Below, piece after piece: positions 45,412 through 55,286 of a DNA stretch of 55,893 bases (positions within the stretch are counted from its first letter, which is position 1; each line of letters starts with the position of its first letter). This DNA comes from a virus. Lineage: Duplodnaviria; Caudoviricetes. The DNA lies in the IMG/VR virus record IMGVR_UViG_3300044630_003363, positions 1-55,893 of that record, one strand, 5' to 3'. The position numbers and the translations under genes were made by a program. The notes beneath the pieces were generated by a model, which saw nothing but the letters and a program-made list of their open reading frames with translations, was not told the origin of the DNA and did no database searches.

Positions 45412-47247
45412 ATGAGTAAAAAAATATCATACGCAACAAGAGATTTTGCTGGACTAAGACAAGAGTTAGTAAATTTAACTAAACAATATTACCCTGATTT
45501 GGTTAAAAACACCAATGATGCATCAATCTATTCGGTTCTTTTAGACCTAAATGCTGCGGTTGCAGATAACTTACATTTTCATATTGATAGAGTTTGGCAA
45601 GAAACAATGTTGGATTTTGCACAACAAAGACAATCTCTATTTCATATTGCAAAAACATATGGAATTAGATTACCAGGAAATAGACCCTCAGTTGCGTTAT
45701 GTGACTTCACAATTAATGTACCACCAAGAGGAGATAAAGAAGATGGGAGATACTTGGGTGTAATAAAATCGGGAGCTCAAATATCTGGTGGAGGACAAGC
45801 GTTTGAAACTATGGATGAAATTGATTTTGCAAATCCATTTAATAAAAGAGGAGACCCAAATAGATTAAAAATTCCAAATTTTGATGGTAATGGTAAAATA
45901 ATATCATACTCAATTGTAAAAAGAGAGGCAGTGGTTAATGGAGTTACAAGGATTTTTAGAAAAGTTATTACTGAAATTGACCAAAAACCATTTTTAAAAC
46001 TTTTTTTACCTGAACAAAATGTTTTAGGTATTTCAGGTGTTATTCATAAAGACGGCACAAATTTTTTAAATAACCCAAGTGAATCTGAATTTTTAAGTGC
46101 AACAACAAATAAATGGTATGAAGTAAAATCTTTAATACAAGATAAAATATTTGTACCTGACCCAACCTCATCATCTGATAAGGATAATTTTAAAGCTGGA
46201 ACATACATAGATGTTACTAATAAATTTGTAACTGAGTATACTCCTGAAAATTATTTCTCATTAACATTTGGTTCGGGTAATGTAAACCCATTGGATAACA
46301 TAGATAACTACATAAATGGTAATATGAAAGTTAGTCTTGGTAGTTATTTAAATAATTTATCATTAGGAGGATTACCAAGCCCAAACACTACTTTATTCAT
46401 AAAATATAGAGTTGGTGGTGGAAAAAATACTAATTTAGGTGTTGATGTTATTAGTAGTATTGATAATGTTGATTTTAGTGTTATCGGACCAAACTCATCG
46501 ATAAATTCCCAAGTTATTCAATCATTACTTGTTACAAATGTAACACCAGCAGTTGGTGGTTCTGACCAACCCTCTATTGAAGAAATAAGAAATATGGTCG
46601 CATATAATTTTGCAGCTCAAAATAGAGCAGTTACATTAAACGATTATAAATCATTAATAGAAACAATGCCATCTACATTTGGAGCACCAGCTAAGGTTAA
46701 TGTAATGGAAGAAGACAATAAGGTTAAAATAAAACTGTTATCATATGATGAAAATGGTAATTTAACGGATACTGTTTCAAATACATTAAAGAATAATATT
46801 TTAGATTATCTTTCTGAGTACAGAATGGTAAATGATTTTCTTGAAATTCAAAGTGGTGAGGTTATCGACATGGGATTAGAAATTGATTTGGTAATTGATA
46901 AAAATGGTAGCCAAACTGAAATTGTTAAAACTTCAGTTGAAGATATTATCAGTTATTTCTCAATTGAAAAAAGAAAAATGGGTGACCCATTACTTGTTGG
47001 TGATTTGTATAGAATTATTGGTACAGTTACAGGTGTTGTTAATGTTGTTGATATTAGAGTTTTTAACATAATTGGTGGTGATTATTCATCTGCTGAGGTT
47101 GCTCAACCATATGTGGATTCAGTAACTAAAGAGATACAACAGTATGATAGTACAATCTATATGAAATCAAATCAAATATTTCAAATTAGATTTCCTAGTA
47201 TTGATGTAAAAATTAGGGTTAAAACTTTAGGAACGACTACATTCTAA
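45412..47247 (+). CDS. Baseplate wedge protein gp6/baseplate J-like
   Basis: YATRDFAGLR, LTFGSG, YRVGGG, AVGGSD, AQNRAVTLNDY. Confidence 0.92.
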   Translation: MSKKISYATRDFAGLRQELVNLTKQYYPDLVKNTNDASIYSVLLDLNAAVADNLHFHIDRVWQETMLDFAQQRQSLFHIAKTYGIRLPGNRPSVALCDFTINVPPRGDKEDGRYLGVIKSGAQISGGGQAFETMDEIDFANPFNKRGDPNRLKIPNFDGNGKIISYSIVKREAVVNGVTRIFRKVITEIDQKPFLKLFLPEQNVLGISGVIHKDGTNFLNNPSESEFLSATTNKWYEVKSLIQDKIFVPDPTSSSDKDNFKAGTYIDVTNKFVTEYTPENYFSLTFGSGNVNPLDNIDNYINGNMKVSLGSYLNNLSLGGLPSPNTTLFIKYRVGGGKNTNLGVDVISSIDNVDFSVIGPNSSINSQVIQSLLVTNVTPAVGGSDQPSIEEIRNMVAYNFAAQNRAVTLNDYKSLIETMPSTFGAPAKVNVMEEDNKVKIKLLSYDENGNLTDTVSNTLKNNILDYLSEYRMVNDFLEIQSGEVIDMGLEIDLVIDKNGSQTEIVKTSVEDIISYFSIEKRKMGDPLLVGDLYRIIGTVTGVVNVVDIRVFNIIGGDYSSAEVAQPYVDSVTKEIQQYDSTIYMKSNQIFQIRFPSIDVKIRVKTLGTTTF

Positions 47248-47311
47248 TTTATTTTTTCTTTATTTTATAGAAAACAGATAAATTTCTATTTATATAGAGA
47301 CAAGGTAAAGA

Positions 47312-50300
47312 ATGCAAAAACACAGAATTTCCACAGACATAGGTAATGACCAAAAAGTTGTTGTTGAAATAAAACAAGATTACGACCTTTTAGAAATCCT
47401 ATCATTAAAATTTACACAAACCGACATATACTCATCTATGTGTTCGGATTATGGTGTTGTTTGCGGTAGAATCTCGGTAAATAATGGATTAGGTATACCT
47501 AATGCAAGAGTATCTATTTTTATTCCCGTTTCTGAAGAAGATTTAAACGACCCTGTCATATCCACATTATATCCTTTTTCTCAGGTTGGTGATAAAGATG
47601 ATGCGGGGTATAGATATAATTTACTACCAAGTAGACAACAACACGGCGGACACACACCAACCGGAACATTCCCTGACCAATCTGATATTTTAACAAGGGA
47701 AGAAGTTCTTGAAGTCTACGAAAAATACCACAAATATACTGTAAAAACAAATGATGCGGGTGACTTCATGATTTGGGGTGTACCTGTTGGACAACAAACA
47801 CTACACATTGATGTGGATTTATCCGATATCGGATGTTTCTCGTTAAGACCTGATGATTTTATTAGACAAGGTAAGGGTGTTGATAATTTTAAAAATTCAT
47901 ATACATATAAATCATCAAATGATATTGATACATTACCACAAATAATTTCATTCGATAAGAATATTGAGGTTTATCCGTTTTGGGGTAATGAAGATTTATG
48001 TGAGATTGGTATAACAAGAACAGATTTTGACCTTTCAAGTAAAGGTGTAAAAGTAGAACCTAAAGCATATTTCTTAGGTTCAATATATTCCGACCAAGGA
48101 AAGAATACAGTAAATAAAGAATGTAGACCTAAAGGTGATATGGGTCGAAAATGTGACCTTACAACATACCCTGCGGTTATTGAAATGATTAGGTTCACAA
48201 CACGAAAAGATGAAAACAATAGACCTATATTAGAGAGTTTTGAAATTCAGGAAGATATTGACGATTCGGGTTCATTTGTGTTACCATTACCAATGAATAT
48301 GGATTATGTGTTTACGAATGAATTTGGGGAGAATGAGATTACAAACGACCCAAACAAAGGTATACCAACATCATCTTGTTATAGATTTAGAATTTCAGGT
48401 AAAAATGAAACTTTAGGTAGGGTTAGAACGGTTGCTAGTTACTTAGTTCCAAACATTCGTGAATACACTAATGATGTTGATAAATCATATGCATTCTCAA
48501 CAGATTGGACGGACTATCCATCAAGTGCAATAAGTACAACAGCAAGTCCCGTTATTTTTAATAATGTATTTGGTAGTTATTTTCCTGATGATTATTTCTT
48601 TAGATTTACATACAATAAAGTCTATGGTGTTTCATCATATATGGGTGGACAATATGGTGGTGGTTCATTTGTTGGTAGGGATAACTTTTTAGGAATAAAA
48701 GAAATTTCACCTAAAACAGATGAAGATTGTGAAAGTAGTGTTTTAACACCACCAACAAACTTTGCATTTAGAAAATTCTCATTTGCAATTTTATTAGCTA
48801 TTATAATAAATGTATTTGAAAGAGTAATATATACCGCATATGTTGCTGCAATACAAATTCTTATCCTCCCTTTTCAATGGCTTTATGATAATTTATATTT
48901 TAGAATCAGAGCTTTTGGAAGAACAATATTTGAATTTGGTCGATTTCAATTTTTTGAAGATATTGTTGAAAGTTTACAAAGAGCAGGAACAGTTAGTTTA
49001 GGTGTTGTTACATATCCCGAATGTGAATCCTGTGATGAAGTTTTAAATTCCACACCCACTATTGAAAACTCCAGTAATATTGACCCGTCTTTAAAATACA
49101 ATAAAGTTGGTGGAGGTATTGCCGTTAGAGACAAATTAACTTTATATTTAGAGTGCGAACAGTATCAATTTGTAAAACCAACAACATCAGGTTCAACTAA
49201 ATTTGATTACTATGATTGTGACACAAACACCTTTTCAACGGTAACACTTACTAGTGGTAGTACCACAACAACAAGATGTGTTAGACAAGGTATGGGTGGA
49301 GTTGCGGTAACACAAATTGGTAACGGAAACGGTTCAGCTGTCGTGGTTGGTACATGTACAACAGCAACAAGAGTTACAGTATATCCAAATACTTGTGATA
49401 ATGACTCAAGTGAAAAAGAATTATATCTTAACGGAGGAGTTGCATCATATACCCCAAGTGGTGTTTTTGCTCAAAGTTTATTAACAATTAATAATAATAC
49501 TTTATTATCTCCACCACAACAATACATCATTAAAATGACGGGATATCTCCCGTACATATATGCAACTTCGGCAGATTTAACAATTCTATCCTCAAGTGGT
49601 ACAACAGGTGGGTATAATGATTTATTTATTTCGGGTTACACTTGCTCACCTAGTGGATATCAACATGTTGATACATCTAGCTCAAGTTTATGGTTAAAAT
49701 GGGATAGTGCAGGACCATCTCCGGTGGATTATGTTTGGTCAGGAATAACGTATGAAATATATAGTGTTAGTTTACCATTAACAGGCTCAACTAGTACAAC
49801 GGGATTAGATACATCGTCATTACCTGAAGGTTGTAAGGGTTATAATACCGTTTATGATGAAAACATTTCAACAGGGACATATTGTGCAGCCAATGTAAAT
49901 GTTTCATATAGTGCACTAACAGTTACCACCGGTGATGTGTGTTTAGGGTCAGATATTCCCGTTGGTCAAATTTTAAATGATACTGGTAATGGTGCAAATG
50001 CATGTAACTCATGTCAAAAAAGTTTAATTACAAAAAGTGGATTTTCTGAATTTAGATTTGGTATATTCACTATTATACCTGCAGCTGGAAATACACAAAC
50101 AAATTGGACTAAGAATTTTAGTGCAATTGGTGAATATGCTAGAAGAAAAATAGTAGGTAAATTATTTTGTGAGGGTATTAGTAATTATTCATTTGTAGAT
50201 AATTGGTTGACGGGTTCTTTATATATGTTTCCATTTAAAGCAAAAGTTAGATGGGACAATGAACCAGGATTAGATTTAAATTATAGAGGAACAAAATACT

Positions 50301-51517
50301 GTGAAAACCTTTTACATTTTAAAGTTCAGGAAGAATCAACAAAAACGGCAGTTAAAAGATTCTATTATAGGTCAACCAAATTTAATGGTTCAAACTTTTC
50401 TATAACTAAAAATACAAATGATGAAATTACAACATTAGGACACCCAACAACAGTTGTTGATTTGGGTCCGAGAGATGAATTTATAAAAGAAATTTGTGTT
50501 GACCCATCATTAGACCCTAACTGTTCTGTTGTTAGAAGTGTTGGAGCAACATCATTTCAAAGTTTTAAAGAAATGTTAGGTCTCTACATTAACTATAGAA
50601 TGGACACTAACCTTGATTATAGTTATAAGGATTTCTTTAAAAATGGAACAAACTCAATTACTCTCCCAACAAATACTGGTGGAGATTTAGTTTTGAATGG
50701 TGATGTTTTACAATTAATATCAATTAATAATGAATCGGGAATCCAAGAGTTTGATTTACAAGATAGAAATTACGGGGCGTATTCCCCATCAATAGTTGAC
50801 CCAGACAATTATCCCGACCTTTTTCAATCACAAGCGGGAACAACTAATGGTCCTTTACCGATTAATTTTGCTTTAGGTCAAGATGGTTATAGAATTAGGG
50901 TTTGTTTAAATGAACCCGGAAGACTAACAGAATCATCTCAACAAATACCTTTCTTTTATTGGAATAAACAAGGTGAAGGTTTTGGGGAAGGTGTAAATCA
51001 ATTTTGGGATTTTGGTACTGTCATTAAAAATGATTTACAAGGAATGACACACAATTATAAGTTTAGTGGATTTACAGACACCACATATAATTATGTTCTT
51101 TTCCCAATGACAAAGGGATATACTGGAAACACATTTGATGGACCTGATTTAAATGAAGGTAGTTTTGATGAGGAAGATTTTTTTGTTGATAACCACACAA
51201 GTTACAATAATGAATACGAAGGATTTACATATCTTTATGTAACATCAACAGGTGTAACAACAAATCCACCGCTTTATCAACCAACAGCCGGTACTCTTTG
51301 GACTAGAGTAGGTAATGCTGGTGGTTGGAGTGGAACCACATGGTCATTATCAGGAGTTACTTATATTATTAAACCAACCCTTAATAATTACACTGGTAAT
51401 AAACAAATATTATCCACACCATTCTTATTTTATTTTGGATTGAGACCAGGAAAAACTGCGGTTGATAAATTTATTGAAAGGTTCGGACCAAAAGGTGCGT
51501 TTCCACCTGCTGAATAA
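47312..51517 (+). CDS. Large baseplate/tail-associated structural protein
   Basis: N-terminal prealbumin-like motif (GRISVNNGLGIPNARVSIF...TNDAGDFMIWGVPVG); Cys- and [ST]GxT-rich; follows gp6. Confidence 0.6.
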   Translation: MQKHRISTDIGNDQKVVVEIKQDYDLLEILSLKFTQTDIYSSMCSDYGVVCGRISVNNGLGIPNARVSIFIPVSEEDLNDPVISTLYPFSQVGDKDDAGYRYNLLPSRQQHGGHTPTGTFPDQSDILTREEVLEVYEKYHKYTVKTNDAGDFMIWGVPVGQQTLHIDVDLSDIGCFSLRPDDFIRQGKGVDNFKNSYTYKSSNDIDTLPQIISFDKNIEVYPFWGNEDLCEIGITRTDFDLSSKGVKVEPKAYFLGSIYSDQGKNTVNKECRPKGDMGRKCDLTTYPAVIEMIRFTTRKDENNRPILESFEIQEDIDDSGSFVLPLPMNMDYVFTNEFGENEITNDPNKGIPTSSCYRFRISGKNETLGRVRTVASYLVPNIREYTNDVDKSYAFSTDWTDYPSSAISTTASPVIFNNVFGSYFPDDYFFRFTYNKVYGVSSYMGGQYGGGSFVGRDNFLGIKEISPKTDEDCESSVLTPPTNFAFRKFSFAILLAIIINVFERVIYTAYVAAIQILILPFQWLYDNLYFRIRAFGRTIFEFGRFQFFEDIVESLQRAGTVSLGVVTYPECESCDEVLNSTPTIENSSNIDPSLKYNKVGGGIAVRDKLTLYLECEQYQFVKPTTSGSTKFDYYDCDTNTFSTVTLTSGSTTTTRCVRQGMGGVAVTQIGNGNGSAVVVGTCTTATRVTVYPNTCDNDSSEKELYLNGGVASYTPSGVFAQSLLTINNNTLLSPPQQYIIKMTGYLPYIYATSADLTILSSSGTTGGYNDLFISGYTCSPSGYQHVDTSSSSLWLKWDSAGPSPVDYVWSGITYEIYSVSLPLTGSTSTTGLDTSSLPEGCKGYNTVYDENISTGTYCAANVNVSYSALTVTTGDVCLGSDIPVGQILNDTGNGANACNSCQKSLITKSGFSEFRFGIFTIIPAAGNTQTNWTKNFSAIGEYARRKIVGKLFCEGISNYSFVDNWLTGSLYMFPFKAKVRWDNEPGLDLNYRGTKYCENLLHFKVQEESTKTAVKRFYYRSTKFNGSNFSITKNTNDEITTLGHPTTVVDLGPRDEFIKEICVDPSLDPNCSVVRSVGATSFQSFKEMLGLYINYRMDTNLDYSYKDFFKNGTNSITLPTNTGGDLVLNGDVLQLISINNESGIQEFDLQDRNYGAYSPSIVDPDNYPDLFQSQAGTTNGPLPINFALGQDGYRIRVCLNEPGRLTESSQQIPFFYWNKQGEGFGEGVNQFWDFGTVIKNDLQGMTHNYKFSGFTDTTYNYVLFPMTKGYTGNTFDGPDLNEGSFDEEDFFVDNHTSYNNEYEGFTYLYVTSTGVTTNPPLYQPTAGTLWTRVGNAGGWSGTTWSLSGVTYIIKPTLNNYTGNKQILSTPFLFYFGLRPGKTAVDKFIERFGPKGAFPPAE

Positions 51518-53295
51518 TGGAAAAGAGAAAAATTATATTACCATCTAAGAAATTTTTCGGTTCACCCGATGAAGATTTAAATATTCGTTTAGGTTTAGAT
51601 GAAAGCAAAAATCTTTTAAGAGAAGGTGATAGAACAATTATACTTGATAATTCTATTCTTTTTGCAAAAGAAAGAAATGAAAGTCCAAACTATAAAATCC
51701 ATGGTAAACTAAAGATGGTTTTTAGAAATATGTATAGTGGTGAAACTACATATAATACATTAAAAGAAAGACTTTATTTAGTTGGTGATGGAAGTGTTAT
51801 ACCTCCCGGTGCAAATAGTAAATTTATCGGGTTCTTACCATACGATGAATTTGCATTTTTAAGAAGAGATGTATACAGAGAAGTTAACTTAATCACAAGT
51901 GGAACATCAGAACTTGATTTTTATACACCTAATATACAATTAACAGGAACAAATCCTCACCAATCTATTTCATCTATCGAGGCTCCTTATCATAATTGGA
52001 ATGTTTATTTAAGTTATGTTTATTCTGGCGATACTCAATTTCCAATAAAATATACATTGAGTGGTAATACCGTTTATAGTTTTGTGTCAGGTGATGGAAT
52101 ACCATTTAGAGTTACCAATAATGGTTCAACATACACATTAACATGTCCCGTTGAACACGGAATGGCTGATGGTGAATACATAACAATATCGGGAGGAACA
52201 TTAGATAATACTATACCGGTTTCAGGTAGAACATTTTTAATAACTAGTGTTGGTGATTCGGTTTATCGTTCAGAGAAATTTGTTTTAGATATTAATAAAT
52301 CAGAAATGACATCAGGTACAACACTACCAATAGTTGTGTTGGGTAAAAGATGTATTAATAAAAATAATATTACAGGTACAACCTCAACATATTATGTACA
52401 TAAACATAAAACATTAACAGAAGAAAAAGATTATATACTTGATAAAGTAGGTTTTGAATCCTCAATATGGGAACACGAAAGAAAACTTTTATTGGAAAAT
52501 AGTGCGGGAACAAACGATTACTTAGTTGAGAGAAATAGAATGGAATCATTAATATATGATTTCAAAAATACATTTGTTTTAACTGGACTGACAAATAACA
52601 TGGGATATCTTCCAACAGAAGTATATGTTACCGTTGTTTTAATTAATGCAAATGGTTATTTTGATTATCCACCAAAGGTTGGATTTAAATTTAATTTCCA
52701 TGATTCATGGGCTGATGCTCATTTTAATGGTTCATCTTCAATTGAATCAACAATTCCAACAACAGGATTTACAAGAACTATAAGTGGAAATACTTTCAAT
52801 TTTACGGGAGGAACTGAATTACCTTTAAATACTATTTTAACGGGAGCATTTATTGAGTATAATGAATATGAATTAAAAGAAAGAGTGGTTAGTGAGGCTT
52901 TCCACAAATTTTCAAATCCTACAAATATTTTTGACTATTACCAACAGGATAGTAATTATTATTCGGGAGCATCATCAACAAATAAAACAGGATTATATTA
53001 TCAACCACACTATAGAGTTAAACTTAGACAACTTTCACCTTATGTTGAAACATCAAAAACAAGTGATGTGTATGGTTTACCACAAAACGCTAAGTATTCT
53101 GAGGATGAGTTATTATGGAGATGGCACGACTTATATGACCATGGATTTATAGACTCCGATGGATTTGGAACTAACTTTCCATTTGTAAACTATATTCATT
53201 ATGTAAGAAATGATATAAATTTCTATTTACGTAATGAGAGGGTTTATATAAATAAAAATGATGGAATTAAGAAAATTGATAAATTTAATTGTTAA
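51517..53295 (+). CDS. Putative baseplate/tail structural protein
   Basis: Coupled (TAATG) in the late operon; VEHGMADGEYITISG beta-insert motif. Confidence 0.6.
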   Translation: MEKRKIILPSKKFFGSPDEDLNIRLGLDESKNLLREGDRTIILDNSILFAKERNESPNYKIHGKLKMVFRNMYSGETTYNTLKERLYLVGDGSVIPPGANSKFIGFLPYDEFAFLRRDVYREVNLITSGTSELDFYTPNIQLTGTNPHQSISSIEAPYHNWNVYLSYVYSGDTQFPIKYTLSGNTVYSFVSGDGIPFRVTNNGSTYTLTCPVEHGMADGEYITISGGTLDNTIPVSGRTFLITSVGDSVYRSEKFVLDINKSEMTSGTTLPIVVLGKRCINKNNITGTTSTYYVHKHKTLTEEKDYILDKVGFESSIWEHERKLLLENSAGTNDYLVERNRMESLIYDFKNTFVLTGLTNNMGYLPTEVYVTVVLINANGYFDYPPKVGFKFNFHDSWADAHFNGSSSIESTIPTTGFTRTISGNTFNFTGGTELPLNTILTGAFIEYNEYELKERVVSEAFHKFSNPTNIFDYYQQDSNYYSGASSTNKTGLYYQPHYRVKLRQLSPYVETSKTSDVYGLPQNAKYSEDELLWRWHDLYDHGFIDSDGFGTNFPFVNYIHYVRNDINFYLRNERVYINKNDGIKKIDKFNC

Positions 53296-54095
53296 TGGAA
53301 ATTTTAGTAAAAAATATAGACCAAAAAATATTACTCACCCAAACTCAGGAATTCAAAACTGATTTAGGATGGAGTGATGCTGCCGAACAAATGGATAAAG
53401 AAATACTTTATAGTATTATTAATCCAACTGAAAATTATGAAACTGTTAGATATATTCACGAACCATATACATCAATAAATGGAATACAACAAACCGACAT
53501 ATGGTACTATTTTTATTTTTTAAATAGTGGAAACACATACACTCAAGACTATGAGGTGACTGGTTTAACACTAAAAGAAAACTATAAAATGTTAAAACAA
53601 TCAACTGAAAGTTTCTTTAGATTAGAATTTTATAAAACATCAAACGGTGATGCACCAAATCAGACAAATAGAAGAATGGTTTTTGCAAAAAATCTTACAT
53701 TACCATTGGGGGAGAAAATATTTTATACAGGTGGAACATCACCTCTAAATGAATTTTTATATTTTCCAGTTTTTACGGGTTCAAACTACAGAAACACAGA
53801 AAATATGTACTTTTTTTGGTTTGAGGATGATACCCCATTTATTGGGACTAACATAACTGGTAATACGTTTTATATGACAGCAAAATATTATAACGCTAAA
53901 GACGGTACAGTTATAGATTTTGTGAACCAAACTCTATCTCAATCAACACCTATTGTTGAAGAGAGCCACATATATTATAAAGTAATAATTAACCGAACCG
54001 ATTATTCATATCAAGTTTTTGATTTTTATGGCTCACAAGGAGCTAGAATTGGGGAGACAGGTTCACCGATAAGATTTTACGAAAGAAGAAAATAA
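53289..54095 (+). CDS. Putative structural protein (probable start ATG 53295)
   Basis: TAATG coupling; aromatic/Thr-rich beta composition. Confidence 0.6.
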   Translation: MLMEILVKNIDQKILLTQTQEFKTDLGWSDAAEQMDKEILYSIINPTENYETVRYIHEPYTSINGIQQTDIWYYFYFLNSGNTYTQDYEVTGLTLKENYKMLKQSTESFFRLEFYKTSNGDAPNQTNRRMVFAKNLTLPLGEKIFYTGGTSPLNEFLYFPVFTGSNYRNTENMYFFWFEDDTPFIGTNITGNTFYMTAKYYNAKDGTVIDFVNQTLSQSTPIVEESHIYYKVIINRTDYSYQVFDFYGSQGARIGETGSPIRFYERRK

Positions 54096-55258
54096 TGAAA
54101 CCAAAAGGAGATAGTATACACCAAATTTTAAGAAGGACTATATTGGATGTTAAATTACATTCATTAACTAGTCCTTCTTGGTATGACTCGTTTGGTAATT
54201 TAATCCCATGGTCAAATTCACAAACATTACCACCTCCGGATGGTGAGGTAATTTATAATGTATCAAGTAATGTTGCGGTTGGTTATTATATTTGGACGGG
54301 AGCAACAATATCAACATCATCATATGGTGATACGGGATGTGATTTAACGATAGAATTATTTGCGTGGCAATCGATATCCAAACCACAAGCATACGGTGAC
54401 CATTATCTACCAATATTTTTGGAATCAAAAATTGATGAGATGGGTGTTATGGTTGGATTTAGTGGTGAGATGGAACAAGTTGAACAAATTTGTAATTTTT
54501 CTTATACTCAATCTGGAAATACGGTAACGGTTTATAATACTATAGATACAAGTAAAATATCTGAAATACATGATATTGACTTTACCGTTGATTGGGGTGA
54601 TAGTACAACTAGTATATTAACAACTGATATACTTTCGGCCAATAAAACATACACAACACCTTCTGGTTATACATTATCAATATCAATCGATACACCATGG
54701 ACTAAATTTGCAACAAAGAAATTAATTAAAGTACCTTCTGACACAACAGTAACAAATCCACTTGGTACATTCTCCGGTTTCACCGTCCCTTATACAACAT
54801 TGTCAGGTATGAGTATTAACTATTTAAATGATTTAGATTACACGAATAATACAGGTTTCACCACATTCAGTTATGCTGCGATATCTAGAAGTAAGATTGA
54901 TGAGAAAAAACAATACGGTTCAAATGTTTATACAGGAGTAACAACGGGAACAACTGTTGATGGTTCTAATTATAGTGGTTACACCATTGAAGGATTATAT
55001 TATCAAGATTTTGATGATGGAGTTACAACAATTACAGGTACAACATCAGGTTATACCAGAGAAGAGGTATTTAATACGATGATAACGAGAAATGAACACT
55101 TCCTTGGGTTTATAGATGAACCGGTGATATATTCTGACATTTTTGTTGAAAGAGGAAAACAAGGAGTATTAGAGAAAAGTCTAAGATTATCCGAGTTGGA
55201 TAACACAGGGGAACTTAATATTTACGGAAATGGATATTTTAATATCCGAAAACAATAA
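54095..55258 (+). CDS. Putative structural protein with a PKD-like segment
   Basis: FTVDWGDST...KTYTTPSGYTLSI resembles the PKD motif. Confidence 0.6.
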   Translation: MKPKGDSIHQILRRTILDVKLHSLTSPSWYDSFGNLIPWSNSQTLPPPDGEVIYNVSSNVAVGYYIWTGATISTSSYGDTGCDLTIELFAWQSISKPQAYGDHYLPIFLESKIDEMGVMVGFSGEMEQVEQICNFSYTQSGNTVTVYNTIDTSKISEIHDIDFTVDWGDSTTSILTTDILSANKTYTTPSGYTLSISIDTPWTKFATKKLIKVPSDTTVTNPLGTFSGFTVPYTTLSGMSINYLNDLDYTNNTGFTTFSYAAISRSKIDEKKQYGSNVYTGVTTGTTVDGSNYSGYTIEGLYYQDFDDGVTTITGTTSGYTREEVFNTMITRNEHFLGFIDEPVIYSDIFVERGKQGVLEKSLRLSELDNTGELNIYGNGYFNIRKQ

Positions 55259-55286
55259 AAATTATATTTATTAATAAAGAAAAAAA

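Noticed and set aside
51410-51418. Perfect DnaA box TTATCCACA
   Set aside because: Single copy inside a coding region; plausibly chance
1104-54428. Other short ORF-track entries nested in or antisense to long genes (e.g. 1104-1313, 21521-21922, 28262-28654, 37946-38401)
   Set aside because: Fully overlap well-supported genes; no motifs or promoters
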